Source: the human T2T-CHM13v2.0 reference genome, Homo sapiens
Strand: one strand, 5' to 3'
Length of the DNA stretch: 64,000 bases
Assembly: GCF_009914755.1 (NCBI RefSeq)
Contig: NC_060925.1
Position 1 is the first letter of the stretch. Each line of letters starts with the position of its first letter. Made by a program: the position numbers and the translations under genes. The notes under the pieces were generated by a model. The model saw only the letters and a program-made list of their open reading frames with translations. It had not been told where the DNA came from and searched no databases. Shown piece after piece: positions 28,720 to 42,846 of this stretch.

Positions 28720-29920
28720 TCTAGCCCAGAAAAATTCAGACAGGCATGGTTTGGAGGAGACCTGGGTTCCAGTCAAGGCCCTGTCCCCAACTAGCTGGAT
28801 AAACATGGCATGATCACCTCTCCCTTGTGGTCCTAGATTTCTTCTATGAGATAAACTCATATGATTGCATGAATGCTGAAGTCTCTTCAACTCCCAACTC
28901 TGTGATTCTATCCTTCGAGATCCACTTAACATCTTCTTACCTCCTCATTGAAGCCTGTCCTGACCATTCCTGCTGACAATAAATTCTCCCTCTTCTCAGA
29001 ATCTGTGACTCTTGTCTGCGCTATGTGTCTGGAAATTAGTTCACTTCATAGCCTTGCAATGATGATGATAGCAAACTCTCAAATCATACTAACTGGAGGA
29101 CCAGAGATTATTCTTAGCTACACACATACGCACACACACTTGAACATATGCATGCACATACACACACATACACACATAATCATTACATTCTCATAATACC
29201 TCTCTATGAAGTGAGCAATCTCAAAATCTCATTTTACAGATGAAAAACTGACACATAAACACACACAAAAAACTTACCCAAGACCAAACAGCTTTAAGCA
29301 CTGGGCCAAGTATTTGAACCCAAGCAGGCATGACCTGCTGTTACCAGGCTGTCATAGGTCTCCTTGTTATTCAGCATCTCACTCCTCTCCCCAGTAGCTT
29401 CCCTAAGCATAGGGGCAGTGGGGTGCTGTGGCTAAGTCAAAGGACTCCCTGTCTAGACCACCTGTATGTGAACCCCAAATCTATTTTACTGCTTTGTACC
29501 TCTATTTTCCCATGCATAAAACAAGAGTAAAAAGTGCACTCCCTCGTAGGGTTGTTATGAGAATTAAATTAGTTACTCTAAGTAAAGCATTTAGACCAGA
29601 CATTTGCTGTTATTGGGTGTAGGAGCCCAGCCTAAAACATCTCTGTAGTCTCTATGCCTCATACATAGGGAATGCTTTTGTGTTGACTCAGTCAAGAACA
29701 TGGGAGGAGGAGTCAAACAGACCAAGTCCAGTCCTAGCTCAACCACAGATTAACTTTATGACCTTGAGCATGTCAGTTAGCTTCTGAGTCTCAGTTTTCT
29801 CATTTATAAAATGGGAATCACACGTGCTGCCCAGTGAATCCCACAAAGCTGTGCTACTCAATTCAACAAGACATATGTGTGCACCGTGCATAAACTATTA
29901 GATAAGTGGAAGGGTTTGTA
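28720..29920. mobile_element. Run of MIR3/L2/MIR fragments with a CA-rich patch (29119-29177)
   Basis: several MIR cores, e.g. 'ctcattttacagatgaaaaactga', 'ctgagtctcagttttctcatttataaaatggg'. Confidence 0.65.
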
Positions 29921-30859
29921 ACTAGTTTAGTCTAGATGAAACCACCGCCTGAGGATATCTGAAGGTCTCTGCTCGAGGGCTGTGGTCACCCTACTTCAAA
30001 AGCAGAAGGGACAGATCCCTTCAAAGGGGCCCTGTTTGTAGAACTCTTGCTAAGCCACATAATGTTATCACAAAAGCATGTTGCAGAGAGGACCTCCTGA
30101 TTTTATCAAACTGGAGAAACCACCCTTCCATGCCCAATATGGGACAAGTCATGAGTTTTCAGCTGTGTATGGCTTTGTTCCAAGGCATACGAAGAGTTTT
30201 GCCTGCAATGACATATAGGTGCCCATTCGGTTTGTTGCAAGTTAGGAAGAAATTGATTTTACAGACCAGACAATATAATGAAAAGGGCATTTTTAGCTGT
30301 TTGCTATTTCCCTTTGGAGTTAGACACATTTATGTTTCGATGGCAATTTAATCACTTACAAGTTATATGACCTATTTAATTTATCTCAGCCTCACCTAGG
30401 ACATTTGTGAAGATTAGAGACGTAGCACAGCTTGTGGCACATGAGAAATGTTCAGTGAATTTATTAGTCACTGTTGTTATCATTTCCCTCTTTATAGACT
30501 CCCAAGTTACATCGTTTCAGCCTGAACGCATGGACCCAAGAGCCCTCAAGCTCTGTCTTGCCTGTTCCTTCAACACATTGTTGAACTCTCCATGGTCTGA
30601 ACTTTTCCTGACTCCTGCCAACAAACACTCCTTTGTCCCCCTCCCCATCAGACAGACCAGTGCCTGCTGAGACATGTGCCTCCTGATATGTTTCCCCATC
30701 CAGGTAACATTTGCTAAAAGACACTAACAATGGCTCTGAAAGATGCTAATTATGATCATTCTACGTCATACTGCTCCTGAATGCTTGCTTCCTAACTCAT
30801 AAAATAGGATGCTAACATGCATCTCAAGGGCTTATCCTGATAATTAAAGAAGATCTTGC

Positions 30860-31155
30860 AACAGTTAGCTTTTGGTGCCTAACACATCATCCCACAACTT
30901 AGTGACTTATAATAAAAAAACATTTATTTAACTCACAGTCCTGTAGGTTTGTGATTTGGGCTGGTATCAGCTGTGCAGTTCTTCTGCTGGGTTCTTGATG
31001 CCTGGGCTCAGACCTCAAACTACATTAAGCTCACTACATTCAACTGGTCAAAACAAATCACAAGGCCAGCCCAGATTCAAGGAGTCGGGAAATAGACTCT
31101 GCCTCTTGATAAGAATTGCTTTAAATTATTGTGGCAATTTTTGCATTCCACCATA
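30860..31155 (-). mobile_element. MLT1 (G/H-type) LTR, internally deleted
   Basis: 'cttagtgacttataat...atttaactcacagtcctgtagg', 'ggtcaaaacaaatcacaaggccagcccagattcaaggag'. Confidence 0.75.
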
Positions 31156-31254
31156 AGTAATAAATCTAAATCACCTGCTCCTCAAACTAATTTATTTGAT
31201 TTCTCTCATATTTTTCATTCAGAAATCCTTGCAGGGCCTTTTATACGAAACTAA

Positions 31255-31600
31255 AAAACATTTATTGAGCCTTTACTATGTGGACAGAATTGCGCTAGGT
31301 ATTGGGGAGGAAGGAAGGATTTAAGATATGTTTATGACAAAATCTCTGTCCTCAAGGTGCTTATAATCTCATTGGAGAAAATGTACATGCACAAAGATGA
31401 ATTCTAAGGCCAGAGTAAAATACCAGTTTAAGGCAATAGTACAATAGCTGTCACAAGGGCAGGTATGATTAATTGCTAAGTCTATTGCACAGCCACCATC
31501 TCCTAAATCAGAGCACAGCAGGGGGAGATGGGTAGAGTCTGGGGTAGTCAGGGAAGGCTTGTCAAAGGAAAGAGGATTTAAGATGCGTCTTGAAAGACGG
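31255..31600 (-). mobile_element. L2 fragment
   Basis: 'acatttattgagcctttactatgtg...tctctgtcctcaaggtgcttataatct'. Confidence 0.7.
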
Positions 31601-33389
31601 TTTGGTCCAAAGCACCAAACTCAAATGTCTCCCTGACATTCCCTTTCTATTCTTTCTATTCAGTTTCCCTGCTAGGGGGCCTTCTTTCAGAAAAGACTCC
31701 CTACAGTCGTAGCTTGTATGATTAAGCTCTCTTTCCAAATGCTGTAGGGAAAAATGAGGGAGATTCTAATCCTGGGAGCCATCTGTCAAAGGGAAGACCT
31801 TTCTTGATGATAGACAGAATTGTACAGTAGAAAAATTATGGGTGTTTTTAGTCCCCAAAGCTGGCAGTGTTTGTTTGCTTTTCTTCTGTGGGATTCTATT
31901 TCCTTATCTTTTATCTCGAATGGGGATTCTTCCTACAGCAGTACATGGAACATCACAGAGAATGTGAAGGTAATGCTTCTGGCATATAGCAGACAATAAA
32001 TAGAATGTAGTTCCCTGTCTCTCATGCTCCTCCATTGCCTTTGCCATCTAGATCAAATTTATTTAGTAAATGTTCCATTCACCCTAATACTTAGCAATTG
32101 CTTCAGCATTAGGCCTTCACTCTTGTAGTCATGTGGCAAAGCTCATTCCAGAAGATCTCAGTGCAGCCCCTGGCACAAGTAAAGTGCTCAGTAAATATTT
32201 GTTTAAACGGCTTTCAGTCCCTGGAACTCATCATGCCCTCTCATGCCTCTGGGCACTGGCCCTTGTTGCTCCATCTGCCTGAAATAAGCCCCCTTTCTGC
32301 TTTCCAGCCACCAACGTAGCTAAGTCCCATTCCCTTCTTATTATTCATCTCAGGCATCTTTCCTGTAGGAAGATTTTTCTGCCCCTGTCCTCCACCCGCC
32401 CACCCGGCCCCACCTTGGGTTTAGGTATCCCTCCTCATTGTTCCTACAGAAGTGCAGGGAAAAGCATAGCATTTCAGAAAATGGTTATGGAACGGATGGA
32501 TTGAGGGATGGATAAGTGGATGGATAAACAGAGGGATAGATGGAGGGAAGGATGGTTCAGTGAGATAACCCAGTCAAGAAATCAACTTGCCAAAAGCTCA
32601 TTTCACATTTTGGACCAAGTATAAAATGCCTCTGGTGAAACATGAATTTTTTAAATCTGACATGGAAGCTAAACTTTCTACAAATATGTGAGAGCTGATA
32701 ATTAAGGATCAGTTTCATAAAATAATAGACCTAACATGGAAAATTCCTGCTCAGCACATACACACTTAATACTCACCAGAAACAGCAGGTAAGCAACTTA
32801 ATTAGAAAGAACCCCAACTAATGCATAAACCCAAGGAACAAAAGCCGTTCCCCTGGAAGTTTTCAGGGGCAAATTTAAGACAAGGTCCTTGGAGACAAGA
32901 CTCCGTACCAACTGTCAGACTCAGTAAGCACAAGACCCCCAACTTGACATGTTGGGGAAAGAATGTTTCTGTCCACGAAAACTGAAGTTAGCTACTCTCA
33001 GATTCCCAACATAAATCATTTTCATCCTGCCAAAGGCTTCAGCTAGCAATGGGACCAGGAGACCTCAGCTCTCAGCTTCCAAATGTCCGCTTTCTCTCTC
33101 CATTCACAAAACCCTCACCACCCCTCTTCCTCACTTCATCATGCAACATTTCCCAAGTGTTTCAAGGTCACAGAAAAATAAACACTGTTTACTTAATTTG
33201 GAACACCATGAAATTTTTCTTTAAAAAAAAAGCAAAGCAATTTATTCAAATATTAAAGCTAGGAAGAACATAATATCTGAATTTAATAAAAGAAACTATA
33301 TAACACCAGTGTATAATACTTTAAACGAAAGTGTCAAACAAAAGAGAAAGTACTGGCCTCTTCTTCCATATGTCCTCCCTTTAAAAAAA

Positions 33390-33522
33390 TTTTTTTTAGT
33401 TTTTTTAGGGACAGGGCCTTGCTACATTGCCCTGGCCAATCTCAATCTCCTGGCCTCAAGTGATCCTCCCCATTATCCTCTCAAAGTGCTGGGATTACAG
33501 GCATGAGCCACCATGCCTGGCC
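33390..33522 (-). mobile_element. FLAM_C / free left Alu monomer
   Basis: ~130-bp monomer 'ctcctggcctcaagtgatcctccc...gagccaccatgcctggcc'. Confidence 0.85.
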
Positions 33523-33539
33523 TATTTCCTCCCTTTCCT

Positions 33540-34270
33540 TCTTCATCCATGCAACAAACATTCACTGACTGTTATGTGCCAAGCTGCTAGGCCCTTGATG
33601 TAAAACGGAGTAGGGCACAATTGTTTCCCACAATCTAGAGGAGACACTGGCATGTAATACACAGTTACTCTACAGTGTGAGAGTGCAAGGAGAGATAGAT
33701 CCAGAGTCTAGCGGGGCCACAGAGAAGAAACATTCAAATCAGTCTGAGGGATCACAAAAGTCTTCCTAGAGAAAACAACATCTGAAGGATGAAGGAGATT
33801 TTAAGGACAAGAGGGGTTTGCCAGGCAAAAAAAAAACAAAAAAAAAGCAACAGTTTCCACACACAGCTAGAATGGTGTACACAAAAGTAGAGCAATGGAT
33901 CAGCCTCAGAGAACCCTGGGTCATTCACTATTACTGGAGGAATGAGGAGATGAAGCAGAAGAGAACACCAGAGTCAGATCAGGAAGTGTCTTGTGTGCAA
34001 AGCCGGATTTGTACTTAAAAGCTATGCAAACTATTGAAGGCTGTAAGCAAACAATACCATAATCCAGCTTGCATTTAGAAAAATGATTCTGTCCTACTGT
34101 GAGTGATGGATAGTAGGGAAGTGAGACTGGAGGCAAAAGACCATCTAGAAAAATGTTGGAGGAAACTTGGTGAGAAGTGATGAAGGCCTGATGGACCACG
34201 GCACTGGCCGTAGGAAATATGGTTGAGGGTCTTTTACCTTTGGATGGAACCATGTATTTTGGATGAAACT
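33540..34270 (-). mobile_element. L2 fragment
   Basis: 'ttcatccatgcaacaaacattcactgac...gccaagctgctaggc' and downstream L2 body. Confidence 0.7.
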
Positions 34271-34542
34271 TCCCAACAAAAAAATACATTGTGGCAACCA
34301 GCATTACCTTTGGTTTCCTTTGCATTTCTTTTATATTTGCTTTCCATAAGTAGCTGGTTTGGGAAAAAGGCATCTTTAGCGATCATTGTGGTCAGGAGCC
34401 CTACATTTTTGTCCTATCTCAATCATTTATCAGTTGTGTATCTTCAGGTGAGTCACTCATTCTCTCTGAGACTCAGTATTTTAATTTATAAATTTGATCA
34501 TAAATTTTACCTCTTAGCTTTGCATAATGATTAAATAGAGGA

Positions 34543-34683
34543 ATGTATATTATTACATATTATTATAATGTAATATATATTACATATTATAATGTAATAT
34601 TTATTACATATTATTATGTAATATATTACTACATATTATAATGTAATATATTATTACATATTATTATTATTTAATATATTATT
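34543..34683. repeat. AT-rich minisatellite of ~24-27-bp self-complementary units
   Basis: alternating TATTACAT / ATGTAATA blocks (34551, 34568, 34578, 34592, 34602, 34616, 34641, 34652). Confidence 0.9.
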
Positions 34684-34729
34684 GTTTAGCCAAACATGTT
34701 GCAAAAATGAAGTAAAACACCACATACTG

Positions 34730-35250
34730 TATAATATTAGGAATATTTTGGATGCAAATGACAGAAAATTCCACCAGCCCTGGCTCAAATTAGATAAAGG
34801 AATATCTTGGAAAGTCTGTGAGCAGATTTGGCTTCAGACACAGCTTGACCCAGGCTCAGATAATATGTCCGGGATCTAAATCTTGACTCAGCTCTTCGGG
34901 TAATGGCCCCATTCTCAGACTCACAATGTAGGCTCCTCATCGCCCCAGCAGCTTCAGATACACATCACACTACACAGCACTGTCTCTTCCAGTAGGTTCT
35001 TCCACAAGCCTGGGACCACCACTCTCTGTCTCTTTCACTGGCCTGAACTGGAACATGTGGTCATTCCTATGACCAGAAAATAAAATTCATATATTGCCTT
35101 TGCCTATGTAAAGTGCTCGGCCCCTGGGACATATGAAAGTATAAGACTGAGAATGAGGGAGTGGCAGTTCTCCCAAAGCAAAAGTAGGGTACTGTTGTCA
35201 AATGCTAAGGGAAGATACCTTGGATGCAAAGCAGTCTACAAGTGTCCCTT
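34730..35250 (-). mobile_element. MLT1 (J/K-type) LTR
   Basis: 'ttttggatgcaaatgacagaaaatt...ggcttcagacacagcttgacccaggctca', 'ctcccaaagcaaaagtagggtactgtt'. Confidence 0.7.
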
Positions 35251-36536
35251 ATGCACACTCTCACAGTCAGGCTGCCACTCAAAGCCTCTTGCTGCTAATC
35301 AGCTGGATGGGGATTCACTGACCTTGCTGTTGTTGCCATCGTTTTGAGATGAGCTGGCCCTTCTTTCCACTTATGTCATAATAGTAAAATGGTTATTCAT
35401 TGTCAAGCTTTGAAGTATTCTTCTGAATGCTCTCTTAGCACCTATGAGCTATTCAAGGATCACTAGGATTCTGCAGGACTCATTTAAGAAGCACTTCTAG
35501 AGGTAAGATGGGGCAGAGGGCAAGTGAGAGCTTCTAGCAACAAAGAGAGGGCCTAATGGGCAGGAATCAGATAAAAGAATCTGACAGTAATCAATAGTAA
35601 TTGTATTTATAAGAGGCATCCTCTTCCTCCCTGGAAAGTACCTGCTAACCCCTAGGGACTTACCCATCTCTATAAGCTTTAAATCATTTCACCAATCTTT
35701 TACATCCAGCCACCTTGAGTAGACCCCAGGAGTCAGTTACCACTTTGTACTCCATCAGAACGTGTCCAAGGGCAGGGAAACACACAAACCCAAAAACTAT
35801 GTGGCCATCAGAAACACAGAGGCAGCCATCGAAAACACAGAAGATGGTGCCTGTCAGTTCTTTGCAAGAGTAGAGAGGGGGTGAAGCTTGTCCTGCCCTG
35901 GAGGTGGCGACACTCACACACAGCAGGGGCCCTTAAAGGCTAGATCTCAGTATCAGTTTCCTTTAACTTTATTCTTGGATATGTTTATAGTTTACTCCTC
36001 TATTGCAAAGCAAGCTCCTTAGGGGTAGAGGCCATGTCTTTTTCATCCCTGACCCCAAAACTTACCACTATCCCTGGCCCAAATAGGCATGTCATGAATG
36101 TGTCCAGAATCAATGAATTCACTTTGCTAGGCACTGGCAAATACAAAGATCTAAAAAACGGCTTTGTACTTATAGGTCTTACAGCCTTGTAGGGTAGAAA
36201 ATGAGAACACAGCTGATGAAATAGCTAAATTGAGGGCTGATTTGAAAGCACTAAATCACATCCATTACCTTATTTGACTCTCAGGACACCCCCATGATGT
36301 TGGCACAGCAGATTTGTTAGCTTCATTTTACAGACGTGAGATCAGTTACTTGGGATGCAAAGGACAGAAATACTCCACCAAAGTCTCATAGCTTAGTGAC
36401 AGCCTGGACTTGGTCACTTGACTCTCAGATCTGGGTTCTTCCCATAACATTTTTGCAGCATTGCAGAAGATTCAAAGCAGGGATGTTCGGCTATCAACAT
36501 CAAAAATAGTGAAACGAACCGAGCTGCTAAACTTAA

Positions 36537-36840
<304 letters not shown>

Positions 36841-37086
36841 TAAACTTAATATTTTTCTAAAGATCAGCCTTGTATTATTGAAAGTGCTTTCTTAGCCATT
36901 CTCTCCTCTGATCACCACATCAAATTTGTGTAGCTCTTTTATAGATAAAAGAATAGAGACAGGATTGAAGTGTCTAGAGTCTAGACTAATTTGCAAAACT
37001 CGTCAGCAACTAAGTTAAAACTAGAATCTAAGACCTGAAGTACCACTCCCACTTTGCCTCCTCTTTGGCCTTAAAAAATGAGAGTT

Positions 37087-37389
37087 GGCAGGGCACAGTG
37101 GCTCAAGCGTGTAATCCCAGCACTTTGGGAGGCCAAGGCGAGCAGATCACCTGAGGTCAAGAGTTCGAGACCAGCCTGACCGACATGGTAAAACCCCCGT
37201 CTCTACTAAAAAGACAAAAACTGGCCGGGCGTGGTGGCGGGCGCCTGTAGTCCCAGCTACTCAGGAGGCTGAGGCAGGAGAATGGCGTGAACCTGGGAGG
37301 CGGAGGTTGCAGTGAGCCAAGATTGCGCCACTCTACTCTAGCCTGAGCGACAGAGCAAGACTCCATCTAAAAAATAAAAATAAAAAAAA
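37087..37389 (+). mobile_element. Alu with AluS left arm and AluY-like patch in right arm
   Basis: left 'gatcacctgaggtc...gagttcgagaccagcctgacc'; right 'tgtagtcccagc...gaatggcgtgaacc'. Confidence 0.9.
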
Positions 37390-38749
37390 GAGAGAGAGAG
37401 GAAGAGAGACTCATAGAATTCTTAAATCATAGCAATGGAGGAAACCCTCCCATTCCTTACAGAATCCCCTTGTCCAGCTTCTTGCACACCTCCAGAGAGA
37501 ACACATTATTTACCACATCGGAATGTAGGCCATCCATTCTTGGGAATCCCTATCATCGGTCTTTTCATCAGAAACAAATCAAACTGGCTTCCTGTCATTT
37601 CCACTCATTTCCCTGCATTGGTTCAATTTCATTCAGTTTAAGTTTATTAGGTACCTGCCATGTACCCCCACAGATAGGTATTATTATGCCCATTTTGGAA
37701 ACTGGGCCTTTGAGAGCTTACAAAATTTACCTAAGGTCACAGCTGGGAAGAGGCAAGCCCAGGTCTTCTGTTTTCAAATACTATACTATCTGTGGCTTGC
37801 ACTTAAGAGTCGCAAAAATGAAAATGCAACCCTTCCTCCAGATAGAGCAAATAAGACCAGTTTTGCAGACACGGCTCCCTGTATGCCACTATCCTGTTTT
37901 ACAAGTCAGTAAATGTTCAGGAGCTCCCAATACAATGTATGAGGTTAATTAATAATATGTAAAAGTTTATAGTTTATACAGCATAATCTCATAAACATTT
38001 ATTAGTATGCTAATAGAGAGTAATGGCCATGTAAGCATAAAATCAGACAGGGGGCTGATGTGACACAGCAAAAGAGCTGTCAGAAAATCCATAATACTCT
38101 TTTTAACCAGCAAGAGTATTACAGGCATGATCTCCCTACAGACTTTTTCCTGGTTGCACTTCTGGATGACCATGAGATGGTTGAAAAGATGTTGGACTTG
38201 GAATCCGGAAATCTGGGTTCTCATCCTGGCTCTGCCCTTAAAGAAAGAAAAAAGGTTAGGGGGTGGGGTATTGACATTTATTGAACCCTGCTCTGTTCCA
38301 GTGCTCTGCTAGGCACTTTTCCAGTGATCTCTCCATTTGTTCTACCTGGATGGACTTAGGCAATCACCTGGCACATAATGCATATTCAAATATATTTATT
38401 CAATTATGCTGACTTGAAATGAAATCACTTTCCCTCTCTGGGCCTCAGCTTTCTCACTCAATCTCTAAGGTTCTTCATGTATTGCTCTCCTGATTTCCAG
38501 AAAGTCTTCCACCATCTTTTCCATATATATCAGGTCAGTCACATAAAATTTAAATCATCCCACTGTCTTGAAGTTAATTACACGGCAATGTTGTGCAAGA
38601 GCGACTGGATCCTCATCTTCCCACTTCCCCCAGTGGCCAAGAGACAGGACACCTGGATTTCATCGTTCACTGCCATCAGTGACAGAGGGGAAGTCATTTG
38701 ACATAATGCACTTCAGTCAGTTTCCTCATCAGAAACACTGGGATAATAA

Positions 38750-39063
<314 letters not shown>

Positions 39064-39089
39064 TTCATGGGAGTATTTTAAAGCACACA

Positions 39090-40140
39090 CATAAGCATTT
39101 TTCTCTCTGCACAACTGCTTACTGAGTATCAACTGTAAGCAAGCTCTCAGCCTGGGACATTGGGGATACAAAGATGACTAAGACCCAGTTTCTGCATGTA
39201 AGAAGCTCATAATGTATGTGTGATGGAAAGTGAAGGGTAAGAAGTAATTCTTAAACAAATAAAGTTATAAAGTTCTATGGAGAGAGAGAGAGCAATTAAT
39301 TACATTTAGATGGGATTTTTTCACAGGACACTTCATTAAAGAGAAGGATTACATTTTTAACTTAGCCATAAAAAATGAGCAGACAATTTTGCTGCTTGCT
39401 TTTTTCCACATATTATGTTTATCATGCAAGTAGATCTTATTTATTTTAACTACCACCATATAGTATCTCATTTTATTAAACTACAGCTTATCTTTATTGG
39501 TCTACTAAGGGGCAATTAAGTTGTTACCACTTTTACATTATTAGATTGACTCTCCATGTACATGCTTCAGACACATGCAAGATCTTTTGCTAGCACGAAC
39601 AATCACAAGTGGAATTACTGGTGTATGTTCCTTGTCAGGCATTGCCAAATGGTTCCCCACAGGATATGGGCTGATTAACACCACTATACAAAATATAAGG
39701 GCACATAAACAATGCTATGTATTGCTTGTGACTATATTTAAATACAGTAAAAGTACATTGGCAATGGTTATATCCTGACTCACCTCTGGAGAGGGAAAAG
39801 GGAAAAGGGCCTTAGCAAATATCAACATCTCTTAAAGCTGAATGATGGCTATATAAGTTTCTGGTAAATATTTTCCATACTTTTCTGGAAAGTTTAAAAG
39901 AGTTCAAAATTAAACTGGAAGATTCATATCAGGGAGAAATGGGGAGGAGTGGGCCCTCCAGGCTGAGGGAACATCACCAGCAGCACAGAATTGTAAAAGC
40001 ACCCCATCTGAGGAGTGGCCGATAGCGTCACTTTGACCCGGGATGCCTGGGTGCGAAAGAGAATAGAAAAGGCTAAGTAGGAAGCAGCTGTACCAAGGTC
40101 TCTGGACCTTATTCTGACACTGACAGGTAACCACTGGAGC
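39090..40140. mobile_element. L2 and old L1ME fragments
   Basis: L2 3' piece 39090-39380; L1ME-like 39380-39910; L2 body 39920-40140. Confidence 0.5.
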
Positions 40141-41504
40141 TATTCGAGGCCCGCAGGCCTGTGTGCATCTTCCTGGCCTCTCACATTTATCTGTACACCA
40201 CAGACAAAGTATACTGACTGCCCTCCGCCCCTCTGCCTCTCCTCACAGACCTCCAAACCCCTAACCAGAAGCTGCAGGTCTGAGCTAGAGAGCCAGGGAG
40301 TCAGGAGGCCAGGGACCCTCCATGGCAGTCCTTGGAGATAAGTCAGGTGAGAGGCGCAGATGTGGAGAATGTACATTGTCTCATGCACAGGTGTGAGGAT
40401 TGGGGGAGCTCTGAGCCAGTGCCATCCTAAGCTCCATGAGAGTTCAAACAATCCCCAGAGCCGGCAAGAAGAAAATTGTCTCATAAAACTTCCCATTGAT
40501 TTTAGCTGGATCCTTATAAATCCCATGGAGTCAGATTGCTTTTAGCAAGATTAATATCCCTGCCTTCCCCAGGTGCGTCTGTTCTCTCTCTTTCTCTTTC
40601 TCTTTCTCTCCCTCTCTAACACGTGCACACCCACACCACACACTCACACACTTTCCGTCGCACACACTCAGCCGTTCTGTCCACAGGGACATGTGCACAC
40701 ACAGACGTGCATGGTTTCTGAGTGTGTGCTTCTCACACTCCTTAAACATAGGGTTAAATGTTTCCCTTGTCAGGAAACTTCGAGTCTGTTTCCTTTTGTA
40801 ATGTGTTTTTCACACTTATCTCAAACCTGGCTAGGCTTTGCCTTATGACCAAAATTTTCCCTTGAAAACACTCCGAGTTCACATAACCCAGAGCACGGGC
40901 CCTGCATCAATCACAGGGCCCGATGACTGGTGGGTCAGCTCCATGAACCAAAACAAGCCACTCAGCAACTTGTTCTCGGCACAGCTGGGGCTTCCCAGGG
41001 TTCACAGGAGGAGAAGATATCTCAGGTGAGTCCCCCACCCAGCAAAGTGTCAAGCTGGGGCCCGAGCCATGAGGGGGCTTCTCAGACTTATAAAGGAGCA
41101 AACACAGGTCTCTCCTTTGTCCAAGGAAAACACAAGGAATTGAGGAGAGGCAGGCTTCCCCAGCGCAGGCCAAACTCCAAATGAACTTACATGCAGAACA
41201 TGGTCCCAGAGGATACAGTTTCCCAGCAGATGCAAGCCTTCAGGACTTGTTATTTTGGTGAGGAAATTAGTGTGTGTAATAAGAAGGGAAAACATCCTTA
41301 ACAGTTCTTTTTCAAAGACACATGGCTTAGCACAGACATTAGCTCACATTTGCTATCATCCGGGAAATCCAGTCCTCAGTCAATGAGGGTTCACAGCCAT
41401 CACATGCTGCTGCACCTCAAGCCTTCCCCCTCCCTGGCAGCTTCTCATCCACTCTTTCTATTCTGAGTCATCCTGTTAACCAAAACCTACCAGAGAGCAG
41501 ATTT

Positions 41505-41680
41505 TGGCTGATAAGAAAGAACTTTTGAGGAGGCAAAGCTATGCAGAGATGACATGAGGGTCCCTGGGCAGTAGAGACCAGTGACTAGGAGAATGGGCAA
41601 CTGCTTGATGAGGTTGTGTAGACACGGGGTTTCATGCATCTCTTGGCCCCATGGGAGACGTACAATTCCAAGCTCTGTCT
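41505..41680 (+). mobile_element. L3/CR1-like 3' fragment
   Basis: 'gataagaaagaactttt...ttccaagctctgt' resembles L3 termini. Confidence 0.35.
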
Positions 41681-42846
41681 CAGACCTTCACCTACCACTC
41701 AAGTGGCCCTGGGCTCTCCACTTCAGAGCTCCTACAACTCATCACAAACCCCTACTGTCTTTCATAGTCTCCCCTTGTGTGCGAACCCTTTCTCCTCAGA
41801 GAGAGTCTGTGGAATTTGAAAGAACAAACTCCATCTCACTTTCCCATCCTCCCCACAGCTTTTGCAGGTTGCATGGTAAATTCCTGATATATCATTTGAT
41901 TGATTGGAGTGCTTTGGAAAGGAGGTGGGCACAAAAAGATGGCCCTAAGATGTTTACTTTGTCTCAAAGGCAGACACCCCAGAGTGGAACTGTGTTAGGA
42001 TCCTCCCCAATCGCTGTAGCTCAGAATCCAAGCATGGTGACACACAGTGGAGCCCTACTGTACATCAGCTGTGCCCTAAACAGGGTGCCATGGGGACAGC
42101 TTCAGGAATTTAAGGCACTATCTCTTCTGCATAGAGCAGGAACCTTGGGCATCAGCTGCTGTGGGTCACCTTTTACTAAATGAGTGGCCTTGGGCTCACT
42201 TATCTCATTTCCAAGATAGGAATATGAACAGTCTATACCTCATAGGGTTGTTGTGAAATGGGGTGATCATTACATATACATCTGTTTAGAATAGTGGCTG
42301 GCATATTTATCCAATAATCAATATTTACCATGTGCCAGGCACTGCTCTAATTGCTAAAAATAGAGCAATGAATGAAAACAACAAGTAAAATTCCATGTCC
42401 TCATGGAGCTAATAATCTAGTCACCCTAAACAAATATCAGTGGTCCTTATAATTATTTTATTTTTATTATTGCTATAGCATCAGGATTTGTCTCCTCCAC
42501 TGGCCTGTATCTCCCGGGCTGGCAAAGTTCCAGGCTCACTATGGGCATTCAGTAAACAGCTTTTGAATAGGCAACAAATAGATGAATCCGTAATTGTAAC
42601 ATTGCCATTTTTCCTGTCAATCTCAAAATTATATTAAGCAATGTGTATTGGTCTAGGAGGTTGAATGTTCAGACTCAATTAATCTTCACAATAAGCCCAC
42701 AGGCAGGTACTAGTATTATCCCCATCATGCAGATGAGGAAACTAAGACAGGCAGAAGTTAGAGACCTTGCTCAGGACCACTTGGCTGGGGTTCATGCCCC
42801 TATTCCTCATGTCATCCTGCCTCTCAGCAGAACAGAGTAGGCCAGA

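Noticed and set aside
34543-34683. Palindromic repeats of ~25-bp period as a CRISPR-like array
   Set aside because: No unique spacers, no cas genes, eukaryotic context; it is an AT-rich minisatellite.
41581-42183. 200-aa ORF
   Set aside because: GTG start in a repeat fragment, ends in a MIR; no homology recognised.
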